Below are positions 38,237-47,992 of a DNA stretch of 64,000 nt, one piece after another; position 1 is the stretch's first letter, and each line of letters starts with the position of its first letter. The notes beneath the pieces are model-generated. The model ran no database searches. It saw only the letters and a list, made by a program, of their open reading frames with translations, and was not told the DNA's origin. The DNA comes from an uncultured bacterium (lineage in GTDB: Bacteria > Krumholzibacteriota > Krumholzibacteriia > Krumholzibacteriales > Krumholzibacteriaceae). The stretch spans positions 1 through 64,000 of the forward strand of contig CAWBAN010000001.1 in the NCBI GenBank assembly GCA_963786935.1, written 5' to 3'. A program made the position numbers and the translations under genes.

Positions 38237-39910
38237 CTAATGCGTCGTGATCTTGTATTTCTTGATCTTATTATGGAGATGTTGCCGCGTGACATCAAGC
38301 AGTAACGCGGCCTTGGTCACCCGCCCGCCCGTTTTTTCGAGCGTCTCGACGATGAACCGGCGCTCCACCGTCTGCATCCTCTCCTTGAGGGTCCTCCCCT
38401 CGGCGAGCCGCTCGAAGATGCCCGATTCGGGGGAGAGGTGCGGGAAATGCTCGGGGGCGAGCACGCGCGATGAGCCCGAGAGCGCCAGCGCGCGCTCGAT
38501 CGAGTTCTCGAGCTCGCGGACGTTTCCCGGCCAGGGATTGGTGAGGAGATACTTCATCGCTTCCGACGAGATCTCGACGCCGTTTTTCCCCATCTTCGTG
38601 CCGAATTTCCGCAGGAAATGCTCGGCGAGGGGGATGATGTCCTCCTGCCGCTCGCGGAGCGGCGGGATCGTGATCGGCACGACGTTGAGCCGGTAGTAGA
38701 GATCCCCGCGGAAGAGCCCCTTGCGGACATCGTCGTTGAGGTCCCGGTTCGTCGCCGCGATGACGCGCACGTCCACCTTGCGGTCGACGTTCTCGCCGAC
38801 GCGGCGCACCTCCCCTTCCTGCAGGACGCGGAGGAGCTTGACCTGCAGCGGGAGCGGCATCTCGCCGATCTCGTCGAGGAAGATCGTGCCGCCGCTCGCC
38901 GTCTCGAAGAGCCCCGCCTTGTCGCTCACGGCGCCGGTGAACGATCCCTTCTTGTGGCCGAAGAGCTCGCTCTCGAGGAGCTCCTTCGGCATCGCGCCGC
39001 AGTTGATCGCGACGAGCGGCTTGCCCTTCCGCGAGCCGTTGAGATGGATCGCGCGCGCGATGAGCTCCTTGCCCGTTCCCGTCTCTCCCTGAATGAGGAC
39101 GGTCGTCGTGTACGCGGCGACCTTCTGGATCGTGAGGAAGATCTCCTGCATCGAACGGCTCCGCCCGATGAAGCCCGAGAGCTCGTACTTGCCGGAGAGC
39201 TCCTGGCGCAGCTTCAGGTTCTCGCGCTCGAGCGCCTCCTGATCCTTGACGACCTTGCCGTGGAGCTTCGCGTTCTCCACGGCGATCGTCGCCTGCGCGG
39301 CGAACGCCGAGATGATCGACATGTCCTCCTTCGCGAAGGCGGGGGAGAGGCGGTCGCTGTCGGCGTAGATGACGCCGATGACCGATCCCTCGAGGAGGAG
39401 CGGCACGCACACGGCGCGCTTGAGCTGGAGATCGATGACGCTCTTCTGATCCTTGAAGCGGGTGTCGTCCGGGAGATCCGAGATAAAGAGCGGCTCGCCG
39501 CGATCGGCGGCGTCGTTCACGATGCTGAAGCTGATGGCGAACTCCTCCATCTCGAGAGGGCGCTTCTCGCGGTCGCGCGCCACCCTGAACTCGAGCACCC
39601 CCTGGTCGTCGGCGAGCATCAGGAATCCCCGGTTCGCGTCGGCGAGCTGGATCGTCGAGTCGATGAGCTGCTCGAGCACCTCGTCGAGGTCGAGCGTCGA
39701 GTTGAGCGCCTTCGTGATGTCCGTGAGCATCTCGAGCTTGCCGAGCCGGTGCGACATTTTCTCGAGCTCGCGCGCCGCGTTCTCTCCCGCGCGGACCGCC
39801 GCGGAGGATTCAAGGTCCTTGATATTGCTCCGCGCCTCGGCGAAGAACTCGTCGGATTTGGCAGCTCCGAGCCGGCTCTTCGGTTCGTTCTCGGACTTTC
39901 TGCTGGCCAT
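38237..39910 (-). CDS. GAF-domain sigma-54 bEBP
   Basis: GAF (RGFLML, CVPL, GVIYADS), GETGTGKE, GSFTGA, WPGNVREL, HTH. Confidence 0.92.
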   Translation of the reverse strand: MASRKSENEPKSRLGAAKSDEFFAEARSNIKDLESSAAVRAGENAARELEKMSHRLGKLEMLTDITKALNSTLDLDEVLEQLIDSTIQLADANRGFLMLADDQGVLEFRVARDREKRPLEMEEFAISFSIVNDAADRGEPLFISDLPDDTRFKDQKSVIDLQLKRAVCVPLLLEGSVIGVIYADSDRLSPAFAKEDMSIISAFAAQATIAVENAKLHGKVVKDQEALERENLKLRQELSGKYELSGFIGRSRSMQEIFLTIQKVAAYTTTVLIQGETGTGKELIARAIHLNGSRKGKPLVAINCGAMPKELLESELFGHKKGSFTGAVSDKAGLFETASGGTIFLDEIGEMPLPLQVKLLRVLQEGEVRRVGENVDRKVDVRVIAATNRDLNDDVRKGLFRGDLYYRLNVVPITIPPLRERQEDIIPLAEHFLRKFGTKMGKNGVEISSEAMKYLLTNPWPGNVRELENSIERALALSGSSRVLAPEHFPHLSPESGIFERLAEGRTLKERMQTVERRFIVETLEKTGGRVTKAALLLDVTRQHLHNKIKKYKITTH

Positions 39911-40178
39911 GGTAGGGCACCTCTGTTTCTTCAGTGTATTCCCTGTACAAGGTGAACGTTCACGTGAACACTTTTCTCCCCGATTGAATCGGCCGGCGAG
40001 AGCCATCGGCGACCGCAGATCAGTATGTCCCGCAATGGATTGCGGCGGCGGCGCGGCCCGGCCGGCGAAAACGGCACACCTCTTGTTCTTCCCGCTCCAG
40101 GAGGCGATGCGCAGATGAGCGATGATTTCGACCGCGATCCGGATGATCCCTTCGCGGAGGATGCGGGATGCATATAAG

Positions 40179-40523
40179 GAAGGACCGGGACTACCACATC
40201 CGGCACTCGGGGAATGGGGAGAATCGCAAGCCTGACACCCCCCGGCGCTCTCACGGCGGGGCTCTTTGCTCCTGCGATTCTCCGTGCGGACTCGAAGCGA
40301 TTCACCCGGTCTTCGCTCATCTCAGCACTCGGCCTTTCGGACCGGTTGGGCGTTCGCGCCTCCGGCCCTGTTGCGGGATGACCGCCGAATTCACTGAGAA
40401 TCCAACTCTCTTCCGGGCATACGCTCGCGGTGATAGTCCCTGGTCCTTCACGAGGCGCTCTATCATCGCCTCCCGGGGGCCAGATATTTGCTTTGTTGCG
40501 TATGCGACTGGCTGCTGTTCGGT
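40179..40523 (-). ncRNA. Putative structured non-coding RNA or leader (family unknown)
   Basis: 40430-40449 pairs with 40179-40197; 40271-40283 pairs with 40218-40230; GAAA-loop hairpin; lies directly downstream of a -24/-12 motif. Confidence 0.5.
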
Positions 40524-40534
40524 TGGATATGCAT

Positions 40535-40550
40535 CGCATGGGGTGTGCCA
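40535..40550 (-). promoter_or_regulatory. sigma-54 (-24/-12) promoter
   Basis: TGGCACACCCCATGCG on minus strand, GG-N10-GC. Confidence 0.7.
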
Positions 40551-40656
40551 TATGTGCGCGCTTTCGGAGGCGCATCATAACGCATTTATTTATAATGAAA
40601 TGCACGGCTCGACCGGACGACGGCGAGATCCCGCGGACAAACCGGTGCTCGTAATT

Positions 40657-40743
40657 CGTCAAATTACTTTTACGGAGCGTCTTCATTATTTTCCTAAAAA
40701 GCTATTCGGTAATAGATTATATACCTGTAAACTATTTTTGACA
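40657..40743. promoter_or_regulatory. Two enhancer-like palindromes
   Basis: CGTCAA-N6-TTTACG (40657-40674) and TGTAAA-N6-TTGACA (40726-40743), about 105-195 bp upstream of the sigma-54 motif. Confidence 0.55.
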
Positions 40744-40904
40744 ACAGGAAAAGATATATTACACTGCGTGAGGCCCGCTTGACAGGCTTCGGAGGTTTCT
40801 GATAGAATTAAGTAGTTGTAGTTCTGTAGGCGGCTCTCAATAGGGTTGAACGAATAACTGAATCTCCGCGTGCAATGCTCGGTCTTTTCCGGAATCGAGT
40901 CATT

Positions 40905-41270
40905 ATGGGGAATAGTATTAGAAAAATCGCGATTCTCATGGCGTCGATCATTCTTGTCGGAGCCGCTTTGACGATCCTCGCGTCGCGCGCCGAGGCCCGC
41001 GATCCGCGGGCCGGCGTCGCCGTGCCGGAGAACTACGCGCTGGGCGGCGAGCCCGGCGAGGATCCCCATTTGAAGACGATTCCGACGATCTACATTATTC
41101 AGGAATCGAATTGTTCGGGCGCGGTCGCCGGCAGCGGCCCCGTGCTGCTCGACGAATGTTCGATGAGCGCGGAGGGAACACGGGAGGGATGCGGGCGCGG
41201 TCTGGGTTCTCGGGTGAATCGGGCGTGGAGGGTGCTCCTCCGGACCTGGCTCTGGCACTTGCACCGGTAA
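40905..41270 (+). CDS. Small secreted protein / peptide precursor
   Basis: 121 aa; Sec signal ending AEA; GGEPGEDPH; Trp/Arg-rich tail; 16 bp before the next gene. Confidence 0.7.
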   Translation: MGNSIRKIAILMASIILVGAALTILASRAEARDPRAGVAVPENYALGGEPGEDPHLKTIPTIYIIQESNCSGAVAGSGPVLLDECSMSAEGTREGCGRGLGSRVNRAWRVLLRTWLWHLHR

Positions 41271-41286
41271 TTCACTGGGAATCGGA

Positions 41287-43873
41287 TTGATGAACAACGC
41301 GGAGATGATTCGCACATATTTGGTCGAGATCGAAGACCTGCAGAGGCGCGGGGAGTACGTGCAGAGCTACGAGCGCGCGAAGCAGGTCGTCTCTTTGTGC
41401 GAATCGGGCGAACGCGCCGGGATCGATCCGGCGACGCGCGGCGAGGCGCTCGTTCTCGCGGCGCGGAGCGCCTACTACGTCACGAGCTTCGACGAGGCGC
41501 TGGCCCTCTGCGACGCCGCGGAGGCGGTTCTCGGCGCCGAGGCCGCGCTTGCGGCGGCCGAGGCCGCGCCGAAGGGCGATCCCGCGCTCGCGGCCGCCGA
41601 GATTCCCGGGCGGGCCGCGCGTCTCTTCTCGTCCGCGCTCGTGCGGGCGAACGTGCTCGCGCCGCCGCGGCGACCTGCGCGGGGCGCTGGACATCCTCGA
41701 GCCGTACCGTCGGGCCGCCATGGGGGAGTATCCCGCGCTGCTCGTATCCGAGCGGCTCCTCATCGAGGGCGCCTGCCGTTTCTATCTCAACGACATCCAA
41801 GCGGCCGAGGAGAGCCTCGAGGCGGCGCTCGGGCTTGCGACCCATTACTCCGACGCGAGAATGAAATCCCGCGTCCTCATCATGCTCGGCCTCGTCGCGC
41901 AGAACAAGGGGCTCCACGAGGCCGCGCTCGAGTACTACGACCGCGCGAAGGATCTCTGCCGCGCCGCCGCGGATCGTTACGGCGAAGCGGCCGCCGCGCT
42001 CGATGCCGGCATTCTCCTCTACCGGCGCGGGAGGTTCGAAAGCGCCGCGCGGCGGATCGAGCGCGCCCGGGAGATCTTCGCGAGCATCGGCTGGAGCGTC
42101 GGGCTCTGCCGGTCGCTCCTCGCTCTCGGAACCGTCGCGACGAACCGGGGAGAATATGCGCGCGCCGTGCGATGCTTCCACGGCGCCGGGCGCGTCGCCG
42201 CGCAGGGCGGATTCGCCCGGGAGCGGGCGCTGGCACGCGAGTATCTCGGCGACGTGCATCTCGAGCGCGGCAGGCTCGAGACCGCGGAGAGGCGCTACGC
42301 CGACGCGCTCAGCATCGCCGAGGGCATCGCGCCCGACGGAGACATCGTGCTCGAGATCGAGCGGCGTCTCGGCGAGCTTCATCTCGCGAAGGGTGATTCG
42401 GCGGCGGCGCTCTCGCACCTGCGCAGAGGGCTCAGGCTGGCCCAGCGGCTCGAGAACGAGCTCGAGAAGGGGGCCATCCTGCGGTGCATGGGGCGCGTGG
42501 CATTCGCCCTCGGGGAGCGCCCGCGCGGGATCACGCTCTTCAGGAAGGCGGCCGGCACGCTCCAGCGGGCGGGCTGCGACTTCGAGCTCGGGAAGACGCA
42601 CGTGGCGTTCGCCGAGATTCTGCTCGCGAGCGGCGACGCGCTCGACGATGCGTGGGAGAGCGCGGTGGAGGCGGGGCACATCTTCGGGACGATCGAGAGC
42701 GAGGTGTGGAGGGCCGCCGCCGGGCGCTGCATCGACCGTGTCGCCGAGCGGCGCGGGAGGCGCTGCCGGCCCGATCCTGTTCTGCGGGGCGGCGGGAAGG
42801 CCATCAAGATCGAATATTCTCCGGAATTCGCGCGGCACGAGGGATACGTCGCCGTCTCGGAGGCGATGCTCGATCTGTACGAGAAGGTGCGGTTCGCCGC
42901 CGCGTTCGACCGCCCCGTGCTCGTGACGGGCGAGACGGGGACCGGCAAGGAGCTCGTGGCCCGGATGATCCACGCGATGAGCGCGCGGGGCCGCCGCCCG
43001 TTCGTCCCCCTGAACTGCGCGTCGGTGCCCGATCATCTCTTCGAGAGCGAATTCTTCGGACACCGCCGCGGATGCTTCACCGGCGCTCTCATGGACCGGA
43101 TCGGCCTCTTCGAAGAGGCGAGCGGCGGCACGCTCTTCCTCGACGAGGTCGGCGAGCTCACGACGCTCCAGCAGGTGAAGCTGCTGCGCGTGCTGCAGGA
43201 GGGGAAGATCCGCAGGGTCGGCGAGAACCGCGAGCGGCCGGTGAACGTGCGTATCGTCTCGGCGACGAACCAGAATCTCGAAGAGAAGCTCGGCAAGGCC
43301 TCCCTGCGGGAGGATTTCTACTACCGCATCAACGCGGAGCACCTCGTCGTGCCGCCGCTTCGCGAGCGGCGCGAGGACATCGTGCCCCTCGTCGCGTACT
43401 GTCTCTGCGCGTGCGCTCCCGAGGGGCGGCGGGTCGCGCGGATCGAAGAGGCCGCGCTGAAATGCCTGCAGCGCTACTCGTGGCCCGGGAACGTCCGGGA
43501 GCTCTTCGCCGTGCTCGAGCGCGCGAGATACATCTCGAGCGGCGAGGTCGTCACGCTCGATATGCTGCCGGAGCGAATCAAAACGCGGATCGGCGCCCCG
43601 GAGCTCGTTCCGGTGCGGCTCGGGAGGCTCGAACGAGGCGCGGGCGGACCGGGAGGAGCATGGTCGGGTGCCGCGGGGCCGGGCGCGACCGGGCCGGGCG
43701 CCGACGCGCGGGGCGAGCGATCGCAGCGGCTGCGTCGTGCCCTCGACATGTGCGGCGGGAACAAAAGCGCCGCGGCGCGGTGGCTCGGCGTATCGCGCGG
43801 CACGATCTACAAGGAGCTCAGGCGCGCGGGGCTCTTCGACGCGACCAACCATCGAAACCGCATCAGACCGTAA
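41287..43873 (+). CDS. TPR-repeat sigma-54 bEBP; +1 frameshift near 41659
   Basis: Long TPR-like helical array, GETGTGKE, GCFTGA, WPGNVREL, HTH; removing one base joins two ORFs (about 860 aa). Confidence 0.88.
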
Positions 43874-44109
43874 ATCCCGTGGACATCGATGAACGATTCG
43901 AGCGGCAGCGCCAAGCGCGTTGCGTTTGTGTGCGATAACGTCGCGACGGCGTTCGAGGCGTGAACAGCGTGAACAAACGCGCGCGGATGCTCGTCGGCGC
44001 CTGCAAAACTATCTGCGATCCCTGCGATAGGGAGCGGAGATAACTGCATATTATTCGATAGATTGGCCGGCCGAGAAATTTCCCCCGTAATCGCGCGCGA
44101 TGCGAAGGA

Positions 44110-44125
44110 TGGCATGAAGTATGTT
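44110..44125 (+). promoter_or_regulatory. Imperfect sigma-54-like motif
   Basis: TGGCATGAAGTATGTT (GT in place of GC at -12). Confidence 0.3.
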
Positions 44126-44135
44126 ATTGCATACA

Positions 44136-44218
44136 AGCAAAAGAACCATTCACAGCTGCGGTTCGCTACCTTGTCCCCCCATCGCGCAACCGTACCGTAG
44201 CAGGGATGGTTCTTTTTT
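44136..44218 (+). ncRNA. Putative small hairpin RNA or terminator
   Basis: AAAAGAACCAT/ATGGTTCTTTT outer stem, GCTGCGGT/ACCGTAGC inner stem, TCCCCCC in apical region, T-tract end. Confidence 0.4.
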
Positions 44219-44293
44219 CATGACATCGAATCTCCGCGAAATGTATACTCTTCCATTATCGGCCCATTGGTCTTGCCGAATGGAGGAACAATC

Positions 44294-45112
44294 ATGAAGA
44301 GATGCCTCGTGCTCGTGCTGGCGGGTCTGCTGCTGTTTCCCTTTTCCTCGGCGCTCGGCGCGGGAATGAAGGGAAAATTCGGCATCAGCGGTCGCGGCGG
44401 TCTCAGCTTTCCTCTGGGGGGATTCGCGGAGGATGGCAACTTCGCGACGTCGTTTTCGGATTCGCTCTTTCAGACCGGCATGAGGGAAAAGGGATCCGCG
44501 AACATGGGCTACGGCCTCGGATTCGACGTGGAGTACTACGTGACCGACAATATCGCCATCGGAGGGTATTTCGACTACCAGGGCTTCGGTATGGACCTCG
44601 ACGCGATGCAAGCGGACGTCGATGCCGCCATTCCGGACGAGGTCGAAGGTTTGACGATCGATATGGAGGGAGATCACCACATCACGACCTTCGGCGTATT
44701 CGGAAAATACGCATTCGACGCCTCTCCCAAGCTCTCTCCGTTCCTGAAACTCGGCCTCGGGATGGGGACGCTGAGCTCGGCGATCGATATGACGTTCGAA
44801 TACACGGGTGGCGATCCGCCCCTGAGCATGTTCCTGGACGGGGAACGGGACAGCGGCATGAGACTCAGTTTCGACGTCGGCGGCGGGATCATGTATCAGC
44901 TTTCCGGGAGTTTTTGGATCACCGGAGAATTGCGCTACCGGCATCTGGCCACGGATGGGGCGGACGGGGATGTCGACGTGATCGTTACCGCCGAATCAGG
45001 GACCATGAAGCGGCAGCTCCTCCATCAGGAATGGGATGACGAGTACGATTACAGCGCGGACAGGCTCGACGCCTATCTCGGTCTCTCGTTCTTCTTCGGA
45101 GGCGCAAAGTAG
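44294..45112 (+). CDS. Outer-membrane beta-barrel protein
   Basis: Signal peptide, amphipathic strands, ends YLGLSFFFGGAK. Confidence 0.75.
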   Translation: MKRCLVLVLAGLLLFPFSSALGAGMKGKFGISGRGGLSFPLGGFAEDGNFATSFSDSLFQTGMREKGSANMGYGLGFDVEYYVTDNIAIGGYFDYQGFGMDLDAMQADVDAAIPDEVEGLTIDMEGDHHITTFGVFGKYAFDASPKLSPFLKLGLGMGTLSSAIDMTFEYTGGDPPLSMFLDGERDSGMRLSFDVGGGIMYQLSGSFWITGELRYRHLATDGADGDVDVIVTAESGTMKRQLLHQEWDDEYDYSADRLDAYLGLSFFFGGAK

Positions 45113-45115
45113 CGC

Positions 45116-46207
45116 ATGAGCGAAAATCGTTTCTTCAGCGTGCTCTTCATTGCGCTCTCCATCGGGCTTTCCGGCGGGGCGAGGGCCGATACCGGCATCG
45201 CCCTCACGCTCGAGAGCGCCGACCGTCTCGTCCAGCTTCCGCTGAAGTGCATGCAGCGGGAGTTCCCCAACAAGCCGGGGGAGACCCTCGCGCGGGCTGC
45301 CGACATCGGCTCGCCGCAGAACCTGCACCCGGCCTTCTACGGCTGCTTCGACTGGCATTCATCGGTGCACGGGCACTGGATGCTGGTGAAACTGCTCAAG
45401 ACGTTTCCCGATTTGAAGGACAGGGACCTGATCCGCGCGAAGCTCGCCGAGAACCTGAGCGTGGAGCATATAGGCGGCGAGGTGGACTATTTCTTGCGGA
45501 TGGAGGAGAAGTCGTTCGAGCGGACCTACGGTTGGGCCTGGCTCTTGAAGCTTGCCGAGGAGCTCCACACGTTCGACGATCCTTTGGCCCGGGAGCTCGA
45601 GGGGAATCTGCGGCCGCTGACCGATCTCGTCGTGCAGCGCCACCTGGAGTTTCTACCGAAGCTCCTCTATCCCGTTCGTGTCGGCGAGCACAGCAACACG
45701 GCCTTCGCGCTCTGCTTCGCGTGGGATTATGCGAGCGCGACCGGGAACATCGAGCTCCGGGCGCTCCTCGAAAAGCGGGCGAAGGACTTCTTCCTGCGCG
45801 ACAAGGGCTGTCCGCTCGGCTGGGAGCCGAGCGGATTCGATTTCCTCTCGCCGTGCCTCGAAGAGGCTGATCTCATGCGCCGCGTGCTCCCGAAGAAAGA
45901 GTTCGCCGTCTGGCTGAAGACGTTTCTCCCGCGGCTTTCGGACAAGAAATTCTCCCTCGCTCCCGGCGAGGTCTCGGATCGCGCGGACGGAAAGCTCGTC
46001 CACCTCGACGGCCTCAACTTCAGCCGCGCGTGGTGCCTGTACGGCATCGCCGGCGAGATCGAAGGATACGGACACCTGAGAGCGGTCGCCGATCGGCACA
46101 TGCGTGCTTCGCTCGCGGCGATCACCGCGGGATCGTACGAGGGGGAGCATTGGCTCGCGTCGTTCGCCATATACGCCTTGTCGTGCGCTCCGGAGTCCCA
46201 TGAATAG
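45116..46207 (+). CDS. DUF2891-family protein
   Basis: HPAFYGCFDWHSSVHGHW, FERTYGWAW, HLDGLNFSRAW, HWLASF. Confidence 0.88.
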   Translation: MSENRFFSVLFIALSIGLSGGARADTGIALTLESADRLVQLPLKCMQREFPNKPGETLARAADIGSPQNLHPAFYGCFDWHSSVHGHWMLVKLLKTFPDLKDRDLIRAKLAENLSVEHIGGEVDYFLRMEEKSFERTYGWAWLLKLAEELHTFDDPLARELEGNLRPLTDLVVQRHLEFLPKLLYPVRVGEHSNTAFALCFAWDYASATGNIELRALLEKRAKDFFLRDKGCPLGWEPSGFDFLSPCLEEADLMRRVLPKKEFAVWLKTFLPRLSDKKFSLAPGEVSDRADGKLVHLDGLNFSRAWCLYGIAGEIEGYGHLRAVADRHMRASLAAITAGSYEGEHWLASFAIYALSCAPESHE

Positions 46208-47843
46208 TCATTTCAATTTTCTGATCGATGGCGGCATCGTCGGGCTCTATCTGCTCGGCACCATGATCGCGGGCATCATGGTGCGCAAGTACGTGTCCAA
46301 GGTAGAGCACTTCATCGTCGCCGGCCGCGAGATGAACGTATACCTCGGCATCGCGTCGCTGGCCGCCACCGAGTTCGGCATCGTCACCGCGATGTACACG
46401 GCGCAGGCCGGATACACGCGCGGCTTCGCCGGGGCGATCCCCGGGATCTGCTCGGCGCTCGCCATGTTCGCCGTGGGATACACCGGCTTCTGCGTGAAGA
46501 AGCTCCGCGACTCGGGCGTGATGACCATCCCCGAGCTCTTCGAGCAGCGGTACGGCCCGTTCGTGCGCTGGCTCGCGGGCGTCGTGATCGTGCTCGGCGG
46601 GCTCTTGAACATGGGCGTGTTCCTCAGGGTCGGCGGGCAGTTCCTCGTCGTCTGCTGCGGCATGAACCTCCAGTATCTCGAGCTCACCATGACCGCGCTC
46701 CTGATCGCGGTGATGATCTACACGATCATGGGCGGGATGCTCTCCGTGCTCGTCACCGATTTTCTCCAGTTCGTCGTGATGAGCGCGGGGCTCCTCATTA
46801 TCACGTTTCTCGTGCTCGGCAGGCTCGGATGGGGCACGCTCACGGAAACGGTGAGCGCGCACTACGGGGCGGGCGGCTTCAATCCCTTCGTCGCCAAGGG
46901 GCTCGGCTGGCCGTTCGTCGTCTCCAATATCCTGACGAACACGGCGGCGGTGCTCACGTGGCAGGCGGTCATCGCGCGGCTCCTCGCGTCGAGGGACAGC
47001 GACACAGGCCGCAAGGTCTATCAGGGAACGGCATTCTTCTTCGTGTCCCGCTGGATGATTCCGGGCATATGGGGGATCGCCGCCCTGGCGGTGGTCACCC
47101 CCGACGTGGTGGCCCGCATCGGGCTCCAGTTCGGCGAGAGCGACGGCTCGCTCTTCGCCATGCCGTATCTCCTGAGCCAGATCGTCCCCGCGGGGCTGAT
47201 GGGACTCCTCGTCGCCGCGATGCTCGCCGCTGACATGAGTACGGACTCGTCCTACATGCTCACGTGGGGGAGCGTGATCTACAACGACATTCTGGCGCCT
47301 CTTCGCAGGAAGACGCCCTGGTCCGAGAAGAAGGGCATTCTCTGGAACCGGTGCATCATCGCCGTCATCGGCGTGTATCTCCTCTTCTGGGGGCTGTGGT
47401 ACCGGCTCGAAGGGAACCTCTGGGAGTACTGCCAGACCACGGGCACGATCTACCTCGCCAGCATGTCCATTCTCCTGATCGGGAGCGTCTACTGGAAACG
47501 GGCGAACAACTGGGGCGCGATCGCCGCGATCGTCGTCGGCGCCGTGCTGCCCGTGCTCTCGTTGACGCTGAATCTATTCGTCACGGTTCAGGTGCCTATG
47601 CTGGATGCGAGTGGATTGCAGGTCATTCAGGACGGGCAGGCGCTCATGCAGACGATGGGCTGGGCGCGGCATCACGTCGGCGACAACTTCGTGAACATCG
47701 GGACGTACGTTCTCGTGGCCGTGGCCATGATCGTCGGATCGCTGCTCAAGCCGCGCCGCGGGAAGGGCGGAAGCGGAGCGGCCGATGCGGCCGACGGTAT
47801 GGCGGGCACGGCCGGTCCCGCGGTGAAAGGAGTCCCCGCATGA
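46200..47843 (+). CDS. Sodium:solute symporter family transporter
   Basis: FIVAGR, TIPELFEQRY, GGMLSVLVTDFLQ, AAMLAADMST. Confidence 0.9.
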   Translation: MNSHFNFLIDGGIVGLYLLGTMIAGIMVRKYVSKVEHFIVAGREMNVYLGIASLAATEFGIVTAMYTAQAGYTRGFAGAIPGICSALAMFAVGYTGFCVKKLRDSGVMTIPELFEQRYGPFVRWLAGVVIVLGGLLNMGVFLRVGGQFLVVCCGMNLQYLELTMTALLIAVMIYTIMGGMLSVLVTDFLQFVVMSAGLLIITFLVLGRLGWGTLTETVSAHYGAGGFNPFVAKGLGWPFVVSNILTNTAAVLTWQAVIARLLASRDSDTGRKVYQGTAFFFVSRWMIPGIWGIAALAVVTPDVVARIGLQFGESDGSLFAMPYLLSQIVPAGLMGLLVAAMLAADMSTDSSYMLTWGSVIYNDILAPLRRKTPWSEKKGILWNRCIIAVIGVYLLFWGLWYRLEGNLWEYCQTTGTIYLASMSILLIGSVYWKRANNWGAIAAIVVGAVLPVLSLTLNLFVTVQVPMLDASGLQVIQDGQALMQTMGWARHHVGDNFVNIGTYVLVAVAMIVGSLLKPRRGKGGSGAADAADGMAGTAGPAVKGVPA

Positions 47844-47992
47844 TCGTCGTCGACATGCTCAAGGGCCATCCATTCTGGGGTCTTCTGACGATCGCCGTGC
47901 TCGTGTGGTACTCCACCATCACCGTCTACGTCGCCATCCGGGGCTCGTTCGATATCAGGGAGATGTTCAGGCGCCTTTCAACGCGAAAATGA
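47840..47992 (+). CDS. Small single-TM protein coupled to the symporter
   Basis: 50 aa, ATGA overlap, AAGGAG RBS. Confidence 0.7.
   Translation: MIVVDMLKGHPFWGLLTIAVLVWYSTITVYVAIRGSFDIREMFRRLSTRK

Noticed and set aside
40179..40523. tmRNA, RNase P, SRP RNA or group II intron
   Set aside because: No tRNA-like ends, GAGGAAAGTCC, SRP loop motif or domain V found by eye
39931..40782. ORFs 39931-40686 (-) and 40168-40782 (+)
   Set aside because: Atypical composition; they span AT-rich promoter elements; no motifs
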